From Antedon mediterranea (Eukaryota; Animalia; Echinodermata), in the NCBI RefSeq assembly GCF_964355755.1, contig NC_092675.1, forward strand, positions 21,486,912 to 21,550,911: a stretch of 64,000 nucleotides of DNA, read 5' to 3'. Positions within the stretch are counted from its first letter, which is position 1; each line of letters begins with the position of its first letter. Of the stretch, positions 14,861 to 29,295 are shown piece by piece. The notes beneath the pieces were generated by a model. The model saw only the letters and a program-made list of their open reading frames with translations, ran no database searches and was not told the origin of the DNA. The position numbers and the translations under genes are program-made.

Positions 14861-17800
14861 TCAGACACGTTCATGCCTACATAAACACCCCTAAAAAGAA
14901 GATCATACAATTGTTATACGTCTGTAAATTGAAAATAAATGTCATTGTTAGTAACAATGTCAGGAAACACGTTACCCTAAAATATAGTTGTGAAATCATT
15001 ATTACTAACCAGTTAATCAATCTTCTGGTATTTCGCATATAAGTGTTGATTTTCTTGATAACAATTTATCTTTTTATGAAATCCAATGTTATATTTTGAA
15101 TGTATCTTTTTATATTTGTATTAAAATGTGCAAATGGAACTAAAGTTCCCCTGTTCCATTTGCTTTACTTGAATTCAAGATTCAAGATTCAAGAAATTTT
15201 ATTTGTCCATAAAAATGGAAATTCACTTTGCTTGGTAGATTAAAACAACAATATTGCAACAATTTAAAAACGTGCAGTATTATAACAGATTAAAAATACA
15301 AGATAAAAAGTTAAAAATACTGTTAAAAATGTAAAACTATTAAAAAATAAAAATATAAAAATATAAAATAATACAAATTACCTTATTACCAATGTAAAAT
15401 TACAATATATGTATTAGCCTAACACGGTAAAATCTACTTTAAATAGAGTATTGTTTAAAAAACTGTTTATGGATGTATTTTTGTTTTGTTTTAGTACTTT
15501 TGTTATTTTACTTGAAACTACCCGAGTAATGGGAAGTAATATATGTTACTAACCTTGTCTCCTTTACTAGGTCTCATAAAGGAAACTCTGTCATAGCATG
15601 ATTTGATTGGCGCAAAACAAGCAGCAAACGAAGTCTAGAAAAATACAGATAATACAATTATGTAAAAGAATGAAATCAATTAAATCAGGTAAGAGTGAAA
15701 TGTTCACTCTTACCTGGTTAAATAAGTCTCAAGCTAAGTGGAAAAGCAAAGAAACTAATCATTCAAATAATTGGTATGAACACAAGGACGTTAATAATGT
15801 TATTTTCTATAGGTAGAGTTAGGGCGAAGGGACAATAATCAATGAAAGTGCAGTATACTACTTTATAATATAAGCCTAGAATTATTACAATTTTTTTTTT
15901 TTTATTAAAAGCGAATTCGCTAAATGTGTATAGTTATTAATTGCAATAAACAATATTTACTATACTTTACTATGATTTAATTATGTATATCACTATTGTT
16001 GTTACCTTTGTTTTATCCCAAAGTGTTGGTTTGGCACTTTCTTTCCCCATTGATCTTTCGCCAAGGAGTCTGGCATCTTTCGTCTTTTCCAACTTAGAAC
16101 CAGCCTCAGTACAACCCTTGTCTCCCCATTTCACCTACAAAAACAGTAAGTTTGAAATACCTTTCAATAGAGTCGAATCCAATGTAAAAGTAACTAGATT
16201 GATAGAACTGTAATAGTGCATGAAACTTAATTAAATTATCGAATTAATAGTCACAAGAACACAAATCAGAAGGCTAATAACAAACATGTAAGGCAGAAGA
16301 TAACATTATGCCGGCTACAGTATGTAGGCTTAGTAGAGCGAGAGTCTGTTGATTGAGGTTTTTATGTAAAGATAATCTTTGGCTACCTGCCTAATCAGCT
16401 AGTTCGAACTGTCCACGATTTAATACATTCATGTGCTTACCTGAACAGGTTTCATTCCTCCAACACCACCTCCACCATAGTACGATGCGTCCACTGCTGG
16501 CCACTTTCCATTCGGCTTCTCTGGAGGTGGTGGATTTGAGGTGGCAGCTTTTGTCGCTACCTAAAGGAATATATTAGTGGTTAGGTTTGGATCGTAGTAG
16601 GCCTACTTACTAACTTTCCAAAATGATACCTTTGAAGCTATTTTTTTGGTTATGCTACATTATTATGAATACATTATTTAGTAGAATTGCCTTCTCAAAT
16701 TTACTTCTTATGATATTCGCATTCTTATGCTAATTTGGTTAATATATATCCTTAGGCTAATAATAATAATAATGGTACAGTATCAATATTATTCTTCAAA
16801 TCACAAATTTGAATTTATATTTTTAGGGTTTGCATGAAAATATATATGGATAGTTTCGCCAAAAATGATAATTTATGCTGTTTATGATATCTGTTCTTGC
16901 AGTAAAACGCTAAAATTGGACGGAACAAAAATTACAAATCTTAACAACTTACTATACAACAAATCATGTTCCAAAACCACCAAAGAAGTAATAAGAGCAT
17001 AAGCAAGATGAATAGACTTACTCCCGTGATGATAGGCACAAGATCGGGCTAAAAGTACAAACAAAAGTCATATTATGTATATATTAAGTATTACTCGGAA
17101 TGTGGCTCAAACTAGTTTGACAAAAAAGTGTGATATGCCCAAATATGATAATGATATGCCCAAATGTGATAGTGATATGACCATCATGTCCATATTATTA
17201 TGGGCACACCAATTTGTTTGTCACATAAAGTTTGATAGTGTAGACAGAGCTTTAATCCTCTGCTCTATTTGCATTTATTACACAATTTTACAACTTCTTA
17301 AGAACATAAAACCTGTATCATGAATGACTGAAGCAAATATTACAAACGTATATTAGGAATTCATCGATGTTCGACAAGAATGAAAAGCTTAATGGATAGT
17401 TGTCATTTACAAATGTGTATGGATTAAAAATTACTACGAGGATCTTACAATTCTACGATTCTGTAAGTAGATAAATAATAAGACATAGATACTAGCAAAC
17501 ACTTTAGTTAGGAAAGTGTATTTATTTTGAAATACATTAATTATTAGGTTAATTATTAGAATTTAGAATATAAATTGTAAAACAATTAAAGTGATTATGA
17601 ATAGTTTACGTTTATCATATCTTACCTTCGTGCAATCCATCGCGTTTAATGTGACATTACTAGATATATACGATATTCCATTCACTGAAATTTGCATAAC
17701 GACGAAGCTATAACAAAACATTCCAATGTGATATATTTTATTTTTTTTGTTATTTTTTAAGCATATCAAACTTTTATCAATATTAAACCTTTAGGATTAT

Positions 17801-20800
17801 AATATTATAACGCTTTTCATCAAGATCACATTTAAACGTATTTTAATATTGATGATGGTTTATAAATTAATAAGGAAATTCAATTATAAAACAATGCCCT
17901 CAAACTTTTGACCTCCTGTAAAGTATTCATAGCATAACTTATGAATTATTAACCTACTGTTTTCATTAGCGGTTCACAGAGTGTTACAAAGGTATGCATT
18001 TAGAAAAACAATATCATTGTGCTGTTGTTTCTTTGTAAAATACAATATCATGGGCCGGGATTATAATAGAAATATAAACAGCTGATGGAATTACACCGGT
18101 TCTTCTTATGTAACATTTAAGTCTAACATTTTTCCTTTCGGGCATAACTTGTAGGTATAATATATTATGGTAAAATATAGATAAGTTAGGAATGTTTAAC
18201 GGAAATCAAGACGAAAAACACTTTCCTTTTAAAATACTTCTATAAAATGCATTCAGCACATTATGTTTTTAGTATATTTATATTCAGCATATCTGGAGAA
18301 TCTCCAGAAAATGAAAAAAAATGCAAAAAACAACACATTATTTAATATCAAAATTTCACTTTATACAACAAGAAAATGTTTACTTACCTCCCTTCTGAAA
18401 TAGGAGGAGCTTCACAGGTCATCTTTGTATCACTTAGATAAGTTGGTCGAACAGCTAATAAAAACAATTTTACAAATTTATATTTTTGAAACTTGCATAC
18501 CTTTTCATTTAAAAAATAAACTATTACATAACATAAAGAATGTCAATAAAAATGACTCAAATGGGTATACTTTATTATACATATTCGGTAACAGAATAAT
18601 AAATCATGTTTGCAAGTGAAAGTATTATTTTTGGCGACAATTTATATTTTTGAAACTTGCATACCTTTTCAGTTGAAAAATAAACTATTACAAAACATAA
18701 AGAATGTTAAGGTTAGTCCTTTCAATAAAAATGGCTCAAAGGTGTATAATGTATTATACATGTTCGGTAATAAAAAACAAAACAGAATAATAAATCATGT
18801 TTGCGAATGAAAACATGTTCGTTTTATCTATGTATTTTATTTATTTATTTAAATTTTGCAAATACACAACAAACAAATAAAAGGCAAGGAAAGATAAAAA
18901 AGGTGCTAAACATGCTAGCTAGTCAACCCAAATAAAAAAAAAACTTTCGATTACGATAGACCATGGAGAAATAAGTTATATTTCTCCATGGATAGACCAA
19001 CTCTAAGGTGCTTCGACGGAAAAGAATGTTTCTATTTATTTTGCGTACAAACTCAGTTTACCGGATTTAAACTACTTTGATAATACAAACTCTAGACAAA
19101 TATTGGTATATTATTTTCTATCAAAGACTAGAAAGCACAATTATATATATTTATATAACTATAATTACCTTGATTATCTGTATCATTGAGTTTGAAGTTG
19201 CATATTACATGCGATATGTTGTCAGTATTTGTGAAGCCATTACCCTCCAATGTAACCAGAAAAGAAACTATAATTTAGAAATAGGTGTTATTATTAAATA
19301 AAAAACATGGTATAAAATCATCACAAACAAATAAATGGTACAGATCAGCAAGTAAAATAAAGATCTAAACTTTTACTAATGTTTTATCGGATTATTTGTT
19401 ATGCTCAATGTTAAAAAAATAATTACTACATGATTTGCGCTTAATAATGACAGATAGGCCTATAGTGTTATTTCACAAATATTCTTTTAGATTAAAGAAT
19501 CGGTATAGATAAACACTTTAATATTACAATGACAATGCGTACCATCTGAACAATATTGATTTGGGGTTGCCGATAAAATTTCAACACAAGACTTATTCAC
19601 AATCTGTAAAACAAAGCATTTTCGGTGTTATGATCTTTATTAGCTATTGAGACGATGGTAGTTAATCTTAGGCCTTTATGTGTTAATCTCCATTTTCTAA
19701 ATTATAAACAAAGTAGGTATTAAACGTGATGCCAATTTTTCTCTGAACTTGTGTCTCGTTCTTCTGGGGCCTATATATACGGGGTGCCGTTACGGACAAA
19801 TGTATGTTACAACTATAAATATATATAGGCCTATTGTGTAATTTCCGAAGAATTGTGTGGGCCTATACCAATTTATCTTTTCAAATTGGTAATATGAGTT
19901 GGAATATAAGGTTGATAATGTTTCGAGCAAAGACAAATAGTGTTGGGCTTATGATATTTTAATAGGCTACTTACGACTCCGATAACATCTGGTAAATCAG
20001 CGAATGTATTGCCTCTGAACACGTGATCTTTGAACGGTTTATCCGCAATATGACGTAAATCAGCTGGCCTACTATCACCGACACTGACGGCTATGATTGA
20101 AGCGCCTAGTTTTCGAGCATTATCTGCCTGGTGAAAAATAAAATTTTCTTTTTATATATTGATAAATAATATAATCATATAATGAGGGAATCGGTGAGTC
20201 ACAGGTATGTGATGGTATCGGCATTTATTGAATATCAGTTTAATCAATATCACCTAAGCAATGTTTCAACATATTCAAATCAAAGGTATTTTATAATATT
20301 TCACGTACCTCTGCAATAGCGAAAACAGAGTCTGTAAGTTTACCATCCGTTAATGTTATGATAACACTTGCTGTCGTATCACCTGAAAAATTAAACATAT
20401 GTGATAAAGCTCATAAAAAACGTATGTTAAAGATTAAATTTAAGACAATAAGGAAAAACATATTGTTTGCATTTTCGTGTTTTCTTAAAACAATTATTTA
20501 ATTTCAATCTATTTGCTTTCACAATATTGGTGATAGAAAGTTAGCCTAGCCTAGAGCCCAGAGTAGGCCTACGAAGGTGCTCTTTTATACACATTTTATG
20601 TCTAACGAATTAACATGTAAACTTGCAGCAGACAAAAATGTCAGTTTGAGGGTTTAAAATCAATGAAAGTTGATAGTTTAGGAAAGATATAACCAAACTA
20701 AACATCATTGTATTATGACTCTACTTACATTGACGGATTGAATAACGCTAAATGTAATAAAAATAGAAATGGTAATACTGTTTATAAGCTGAGAAAAGCA

Positions 20801-23800
20801 AAGATCTTACTGTGTTTTAGAATCTGTTCGTTTGCTTCCAATAGTCCTTTTTGCATATAAGTTCCTCCGTCTGGGGTAATTAAGCGCAATTGTTCAAATC
20901 CTTGTTTAATACGTCGTCTAAAGTTAAAAAACAATTGACAAAACTTTTTATTGCAAACTCGAGTCAAGAACAGTTTTCCAAATTTTTTTAGTGTAAACAT
21001 CGGTAAACTGCAAACAACAATTTTGTCTGCAAAGTCTAGCAAATAAAGACTTAAATCAAACTCCGAGTTGCAAACAAAACATTGGTAAAGTTTGCTGGTG
21101 TTGACTAGGCTTAAAAGTTAATGGTGTCTCTTTTACTGGTGAATCAAATGACTACTACAAATATTTTGTCGCTGAAATTCTCAGTTCTCTGTGAAGAACC
21201 TGCAAGGCTTTACATTCTGCAGATTAGTTTTATGCCAACTGATCTACTTTACAATTGTAAACATCGTGTTTTTGCTAAACAAAGTATTTCTTGCTACAGA
21301 AGCAAACGTGAGTTTGCAAACTTGTGGGAAATGAAGTAAAAGTTTGCTAGAATATAATGATAGTAGAAGTTTCCTTAATTGTTTGCAAAATCTTAGTTTG
21401 CCACTGTTTGTGGAAGATGACACGACTGGTGTATATTAGGAAACTTTGAACAAATCTTTTTGCCAAACTTAAAGCTTGCTCAAGTTGGCAAACTGAAGTG
21501 TTGATAGGTTAGGTTTATATATAATTATTCATATATGTGTATATTAGGCTATTTACGACAGTATATACGCTACACTTAAATAAAAATGTAATGAATTATC
21601 ATTTAGTTATTTTTTATTTAGAACAGCAATAGAGGGAATGACTCGACACGTATAATTAGATCAACAACAGGATCGGTCGTTGTTAGAAGACGTTGAACTG
21701 AATGTTAAAGTTCATCAAAATACGGAAACTGATTCATTTTCTTATGAAGTAAAAAGTATATCAATGGAAGTGACAGCTGAGTTAAATGCCAATGAAAGGA
21801 GATAACCATTATTTTAGGCTAGGTTTGTTGAAAAAAAAAATCACAAAATTTCATTAAAAATGGTGTTTGTATTGTTACTAGGTACTTTCAATAAAATAAA
21901 TTAAGTCATTATTTTTTCGTTTCAGATAGGCAGATAGACGATCAAGTCTTGCTGTATCTATAATTTTATATTATCATTTTATCAATTTATATTTTCCCTG
22001 TATCATTTCATGATACAGCGTCCCATATGTATCACATGTGTCATCTTTATCGATCCTTAAATCTTTCGTAATACAGGGTCACATGTGATGTTAATGTGAA
22101 ACTTTGTCACAGAATTTGCCTATGATAATGTATATAATGAAGTTATGTGGATACAATACCAACAGAACATTTAAATACAGAAATAACAATCAAATTGATT
22201 ATACATAGTTTTTTTACAGAATGTTTGTTTCTAATTTTTTAGGGAGATAGACAAAAATGGTGTTTTTGAACGGGCAGAACTGATTTTAAAATGAATATAA
22301 TACTACAGTATTAATATTATTAATATTATTAGTAAATCATTTGGAAAGTAGCATATAGTTCGAACGGGGAAATCAATATAATATATAAATTGATAAAAAC
22401 AAATACAATTTCGTGAATTAATACATAATATTTAAAAATATTCAATGTAATCTGTTTAGATAAAAGTGAGATAAACCCACAAAAAACAAATCAAGCGTAC
22501 GTACTTATTTCCGGTCAAATGCATGACGGTCTGTGAAAGATCGGAGAAAGTAATGAACGCCACTCTGAGCTTTGGGCTGTAATTGAAAGGAGTATTAAAT
22601 TATAATCGGCTTAATATAATATAATACATCTTTAATATTAATATATTTTTATCCGTCATCTTCGCCATAATCGTATTACTATCATCACCAGTAACATTTT
22701 ATAAAACATCATGGTAATTTAAAAATGATATCATCATCATAAACATCATCATTATTATAATTATTATTGTATCATTTTCATCACATCATCTTCATCACCA
22801 TCGTCGTTATTACTGTTGGCATGTTCCTATCTATTTTATTATTGTCATAGATATAATAGTGGAATAATAATCTTTTCATATGTTTTTTCTTATAAACTAT
22901 TACACGGTAGGTATTCAAACGATCTTCTTCTATTTCACTCATCATCTTATCATCATTTCATTGTTTTTCAATGATAACCGTTAAGCCTTACTTTGTAAAT
23001 TCGTTGTATATTTGTTCAACAAAATCAACGGTTTGTCGTTGAAAATTGTCAATTGACAGACTGGCTGATCTGAAAAAAAAATGTTATAAAATACATTTTT
23101 ATTCTGTAAATATGTAAGGAGATTCACTCAATTCCCGTATGGTACTTATGTCTAGAAACAATAATAAGCAGAATTTGTAATCAAAGTTCCGTACGAGAAT
23201 GGCCTGAAATTGTACATTGAAATTAGTATATTAAGACATAGAATTAATGCATTTATATGAAAAATCTAAATATTAATATAGTCATTTTAAGGTCATGTAT
23301 TGTTGTAAAGAATAAACACAAGTTGTATTGTACTCAATGAATATTCTTTCATTCAATTACTAAATTTCATTGATTTAAACTGGGTTACAAATAATACTGA
23401 CCTTGGAAAGGAAATATTGAATCATGTATTATTAAGAATCAAGTGGAATTAAAGAAGGTCTTTGTAGAGGAAGTGTGTTTTATGCAGAGACATTTTGATA
23501 GATACGTTTAGCAGATCAGTACGCACAAAACACTTAAATAAACGAATACAACAGTTTTAATTCCTTTCTTTTAGTGTTTATAATTGCGGATATATTTAGT
23601 ATTATTTATTTCGGATTTTAGGAAATCATATTGTGATTTAGATTGATATTATATCAAATTGAGATTGAGAATTACTTTTTTTTATTGTGAGAACAATAAC
23701 AACAGAGAAAAGCTTTTAGTCTACCACAAAGTATAGTGTTGTATTTGTTGTGGTTTGCAGAGGTTAAGTAGACGTTATTAAAGACAAGTGTCTTACTTTG

Positions 23801-26800
23801 AAAGAAGTTAAACGTTAATTGACTTTTTTTAATTAGTGCTAAAGGTATTAGAGGTGATGGAGCTAAATACAATAGACGATACAAAACATATGAGAGTGTT
23901 AACAAATATAATGAATTGATGTGATGATTGATTGGTCGGTGAATGATTTTCTAGAAGAAAGCAAAAAAACAAAAAACAAACAAACAAAAAACTACGAACA
24001 CTAAATACGTTACTATGGTACAGTGAGAAACGTAAGCATCTTCCATGTTGTCGAAAGATTTTTTGAAATTGGATTGTTAATTGTTTTTGTTATCTTTTCG
24101 TTTTTGAAACACAGAAAGATTTCCAATTTACTTGGACCGTTTAGGCCTATATCCTACAGCAAAACTAATGACCAAAAACCCCACACAATGTAAAACAGTA
24201 CTGAAGGCCTATAAGCAATATAAAAAACCTGTTACAATGGAATATTGCCAATAAAATAGGAAGTATTTAATGAAATAAACTTCCTTTATATAACATAGTC
24301 CAAAATATGAGTAGTAATCAGTGTGATTACCATGCCTATTAATCTCATAACCTCCGGTTCAATCCTTTTGACCCAAATACATAACTTTATTATTAGTTAA
24401 TTTTTTCTGTGCTCAACATCCAGGGTATGGATATTGAAGATCCAATATTTAATATAAGCCGTACGTCTTAAATACATAAATTCTATCAGATAATATTCTT
24501 CCTTCTTTTTATCCTTCATTTTGACTCATCTTTCTTATTTAGAATTATCATGTGATCTGTAATCACGTTTCTTATGGAAACGGACATCTTCATCTTCAGG
24601 AATTGATTTACACATCACATTGGATGTAGGTCTAGTTACGTAATGATTAATGTAAGGAACATTTTATAATTTTATGAAAATGTAATTCTAAACTTAGAAC
24701 AAAACAAGAACTAATCTAGGATAGCAGGCCTAAGATAAAGTAATGTAAGAAAAAACAATGCTAAAAACACCGTAAAGTCTTGCAGTAGGCCTAACCAATA
24801 GGCTGAATAGAAAAGTTTAAAAAAAGCAAAATTCTAGGCCGGTGTGAACAGCATCAAAATTTACCCGGGTCACATGATGTGACTATTTTTGGTTTCCAAT
24901 GGACTAATTAATTTAAAATAAATGATAATAATATATTCTTGATTTATTACTGGCATTAAAACAAATTGCTTTAGCAGGTCGATAATAACTAGGGTGCCTC
25001 TTATTGAGTAAGATAATAACTAGGGTGCCTCTTATTGAGTAAGATAATAACTAGGGTGCCTCTTATTGAGTAAGATAATAACTAGGGTGCCTCTTATTGA
25101 GTAAGATAATAACTAGGGTGCCTCTTATTGAGTAAGATAATAACTAGGGTGCCTCTTATTGAGTAAGATAATAACTAGGGTGCCTCTTATTGAGTAAGAT
25201 AATAACTAGGGTGCCTCTTATTGAGTAAGATAATAACTAGGGTGCCTCTTATTGAGTAAGATAATAACTAGCGTGCCTCTTATTGAGTAAGATAATAACT
25301 AGGGTGCCTCTTATTGAGTAAGATAATAACTAGGGTGCCTCTTATTGAGTAAGATAATAACTAGCGTGCCTCTTATTGAGTAAGATAATAACTAGGGTGC
25401 CTCTTATTGAGTAAGATAATAACTAGGGTGCCTCTTATTGAGTAAGATAATAACTAGGGTGCCTCTTATTGAGTAAGATAATAACTAGGGTGCCTTTTAT
25501 TGAGTAAGATAATAACTAGGGTGCCTCTTATTGAGTAAGATAATAACTAGGGTGCCTTTTATTGAGTAAGATAATAACTAGGGTGCCTCTTATTGAGTAA
25601 AATAATAACTAGGGTGCCTCTTATTGAGTAAGATAATAACTAGGGTGCCTCTTATTGAGTAAGATAATAACTAGAGTGCCTCTTATTGAGTGAGACGACT
25701 GCACGACTAATCGAGAAACTTAATTACGGGTTAATTGTGCATCATTCCTGGGTTGCTAAAGCAATGTAAAAAAGATACGACGGGTATTTTTAACGACAGG
25801 TAAGGGGTATTTGAGAACGTTTTTGAAATCTACAGTCGAAACAGGCAGAAAGTTGCCATTATATAAGTCATATTGAATTAGTGGATAGACCTAAATTACC
25901 CTTCTTTGGTCTCCATGTTTTATTTTATATAAATAACAGGTAAGGGGTTTAGGTGATCGACCGTAACTACAGGTATTCTTGAACATTAAATCAAGCGAGG
26001 TCTATCGCAATATGACCCACACCTCTCAACCTTAAGGTTGGAGGGCTAGTGTTGCCCGAAAGCACTTTTGACTGTTTTACTTTATCGTTTTGATTTAGCT
26101 TTTCGCTTTTTTTGTATCTCCATTGAGATCCAGCCACTGATACCCACAGCATTGTCATTTTTTCAGAATTTTGTCTTTGGATTTATATATATTTGATGCT
26201 TTTATTACAATGGTGTTTTAAAAAAGCTAAATATATCTTTTGTCTAGAAGGAGAGAATTGTTGATTGGTAATAATCTCGTCCGATCATGGTCAGATGATA
26301 AAAATGGTTCGATCAACCAAGAAGTTCTGGTTGTTGATCTCGACATCAAGTAGTAGCATACATTCTTTTCTCAATTTCGTCCAGAGTTTAGAAGATTATT
26401 TGCAAATGGTTTTTAATTTAATAGAAACAAGTAAACCATTGACACCGAATTATCTGCTTCATGCGCCTCAGCGGCCTGTTCGATCTATAAGTTTATCATG
26501 TGACTGGTTGTTGTATTATTTAAGTAAGGTTCTTATAATAAATTAAGACAAAGAGGCAAATATTTTCAAAATCAATGTTTACGACATGAATATTATTAGT
26601 ATTATTGACAAAAGTAGAACTCCCATTGTGGGACACGAATGAGTGGCTACTGCTACTAACCCATAAAGAACAATTTTCTGTGTCACGAGATGTTCTACTG
26701 TATTCTGAAGGATTCAATAAAATGTATAATTTCATATTAGTGTAATGACGTATTAAAAGTCATAATCCTTAGCGCGTATATACTGTAATGTGCATAATAA

Positions 26801-29295
26801 CTCAGAATTAGTTCAAGTTTAATTATAGACTGATGTGTTTCAATGACATTTGTTCAGTCATTTTAATGTCAACGGGGGTTTAAATAATATTAATACCTAC
26901 TGAGGTTGCTACTAAAATTCTCCTACAATTGTTGTTCCTATTAAATATTGTGATAGGCCTCATACTGTAATTATTTCAGTTTTTAATCAAGTAAATTAAA
27001 AGCATACACAGATGAACATGTAAATTATAAATAATCAAAAACAGGTAAAGGAAAAAAAATAATAATTTAAATATAATAAAGTAAATAGATTAAACTAAAT
27101 AAAAAAATGAACCTGAGGACGATTTAAGCATATTTTCAACAGTTCTTTTCAGAACTAATAATCCGTGGTGTACCGCAAACTTTATATCAAATTTGATTTC
27201 GCTATGCAAACCTTCAAACAATATACACGGTACTGTATAACAATATTTATAATACAATTGTCAGGTGCATGCAAGCCTGAATTCGACTTATCAGGTTGAT
27301 TTACGCAACCATAAAATAATAATAAACGTATTTCTTGATATGGTGGAGGAAGGAGAAAGGGGTAAAATAAATTTATAACGGGGGACAGATGCGTTTCAAG
27401 CATACAGTAAATATGAAGGCAATTGGTTTTTTTTTAAAACTGAGGTTACGTGTTGGTGAGAAATAACCTGTATACATTGTTATTGTTGTAAATATTAATG
27501 AGATCATCGGAACAGACATCCAGCAACGTGAAAGACAATGAAGTCATCATCGGATATAGTAAGCTTCCTGGATCCATAGCACCCAAGAGTCCATTTTTTA
27601 AAGGTCATTCCTATACTTAACTAACCAATGTATATATAATTATATTAATTATATTAATTATATTAATTAAAGACCTATTAATGATCAAGAGTATGGTTTC
27701 AATGCCTACCAATGTGAAATTGAATAAACCTAGGAAAACTCTGGACTCATGCATAATTCTTTTAAATTTGGGAATTCGTTGAAAAATTACAGAAAGCATG
27801 AAATCATTGTTTTATGTTGGAATAATGTATCACTGTATCCCCTGCATAATGGAATGATACTTTGCTTTTATGAAAGATTACACCTGAGTTCCATAACATA
27901 CATATTTGATAAACAAATTTACAGCCTAAACAAAAAGTACCCGATTGCATTGAATTTTTGTTCGAAATATTTTTCTTTTTATATATATATATATAAGTAT
28001 ATTAGAGAGCCTACGTACATCTAGAGCATTAGTTGAATTGACATGTATTTCTATGAGATCAAATCTACTTCACATCCGACGTTATGTTAAAATTAATTCA
28101 ATCGATTTTAATGCAATGTTAAGATCGCCTAGAAAATCATGTATGAAACACCCTATGTTACCTGTTTGTGATCCTAAAAAAAAAAAAAAATATTATCAAC
28201 AGCTGTACAAGGTGATGAAAGTGAACCCTGTAAACGCGGAATGTCATACATTACTGAACAAATCATACAGGTGTGGACAACTTTGACATGTATACAATTT
28301 TCTTGACGATAGACTTTTAAAATTAATTTATTAAATCGAAATTGCCAGCCTTCCTTGAAAATATCAGGACTACTATTATATCATTTTTCGTGATTGCATT
28401 TGTATCCCCAACTTTAAAACTCAAAAGGAGCTTAGATGAATTAGTCTATACAAAGAATACGTGGAACTAACTCCAGGGCATGAGTTTCTTAACAATGCTT
28501 TCTAAATGCTCACTGGTATTCGTTCCTAGGGTGTCAATACCATTAAGTGATTCTAACAAATACGCCAAGTAAAAATATCTTTTATACTATATACTATGTT
28601 ACATATCAAATATCGCTCTAAATAAACTTGTGTAAAGTATTATTGCGCTAAAATTATAAAAAGTTATTTTGAAAATATCAAATTACTACACAAAACAAAC
28701 ACCTAACATACTAATAATATAATTGTAAAAAAAACAGAAACACAAGGAGAATATGCTGTTGAATATATGTGGAAATGTTTCAATAGACCTTTTCTTACTT
28801 ATAGCAAACATTAGAAGTAACGTCCAAAGGTGAATGTACAGTTAATGGACATGAGTCGATAAATAGACGGAAGTTATTCTATTGTTAGTAGGCCTACAGT
28901 ATTAGCAGTACACCAAGTTGTTTTATACTGTAATGCATTATATGTATAGTTTTATAACAATTTTTTTCTGTAAACAGCCAATTTCTAGATAAATAGAAAA
29001 AACTTGTAGGACAACTACCATTTGTGCATGCACCAGCATGTGCTTAGGGTTCTTCAACTACTTATTAATTAACTACTGTACATTTAGATTTAACATCTAG
29101 ATAGTTTACAAATGTAAATTACTGATATGGCATTATGTTTCCAAGTTCACAAGTTTAAAATCGATAATTAACTTACTTGTCGAGAACAAAATAAAGATCA
29201 AAACCACCTTGGCATTTTGCTTTTTGACTTAGACATCCTGTAAATGTACTTATGACAATACAAGACAATATTAGTATTCCTTTCCTGCAGTCCAT
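14861..29295 (-). CDS. ANTXR: Anthrax toxin receptor-like protein (ANTXR1/2 family; vWA + Ig-like + TM + conserved cytoplasmic domain), ~455 aa
   Basis: 15 in-frame exons: 29295-29177, 23069-22992, 22576-22505, 20917-20811, 20382-20309, 20127-19975, 19603-19543, 19267-19169, 18454-18388, 17707-17626, 17048-16953, 16560-16441, 16134-16006, 15634-15554, 14890-14861 (last exon less certain). Signal peptide; CQGGFDLYFVLDKSAS (MIDAS); GGTYM; SVIITLTDG; TM ending LLWWFW; KWPAVDASYYGGGGVGGMK; VKWGDKG; YDRVSFMRP. Confidence 0.95.
15171..15235 (-). mobile_element. 3' tail remnant of a LINE/SINE
   Basis: Minus strand has AAATAAAA followed by (TCTTGAA)n, a typical non-LTR retroposon microsatellite tail. 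Confidence 0.4.
17108..17253. mobile_element. PIF/Harbinger-like MITE family copy (5'-truncated)
   Basis: Same internal GCCCAAATATG.TA.TGATAT repeats and TAGTGTAGACAGAGCT end as the copies at 36686 and 53568. Confidence 0.75.
18471..18811. repeat. ~170-bp direct duplication in ANTXR intron
   Basis: AATTTATATTTTTGAAACTTGCATACCTTTTCA...AACAGAATAATAAATCATGTTTGC occurs twice. Confidence 0.85.
18962..18990. mobile_element. 29-bp palindromic micro-transposon with 7-bp target duplication
   Basis: GATAGAC-[CATGGAGAAATAAGTTATATTTCTCCATG]-GATAGAC. Confidence 0.7.
24981..25692. repeat. 31-bp minisatellite, ~23 near-identical copies
   Basis: Unit GATAATAACTAGGGTGCCTCTTATTGAGTAA, head-to-tail with no spacers and rare single substitutions. 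Confidence 0.97.

Noticed and set aside
23146-23203. Possible extra ANTXR exon (AILVRNFDYKFCLLLFLD)
   Set aside because: The frame matching the flanking exon phases contains a stop, and the vWA domain is complete without it.
24981-25692. CRISPR-like array of 31-bp repeats
   Set aside because: Units are contiguous with no unique spacers, no cas genes are present, and the array lies in a eukaryotic intron.
26265-28286. Short ORFs in ANTXR intron 1
   Set aside because: AT-rich random-like frames without consistent splice structure or recognisable domains.
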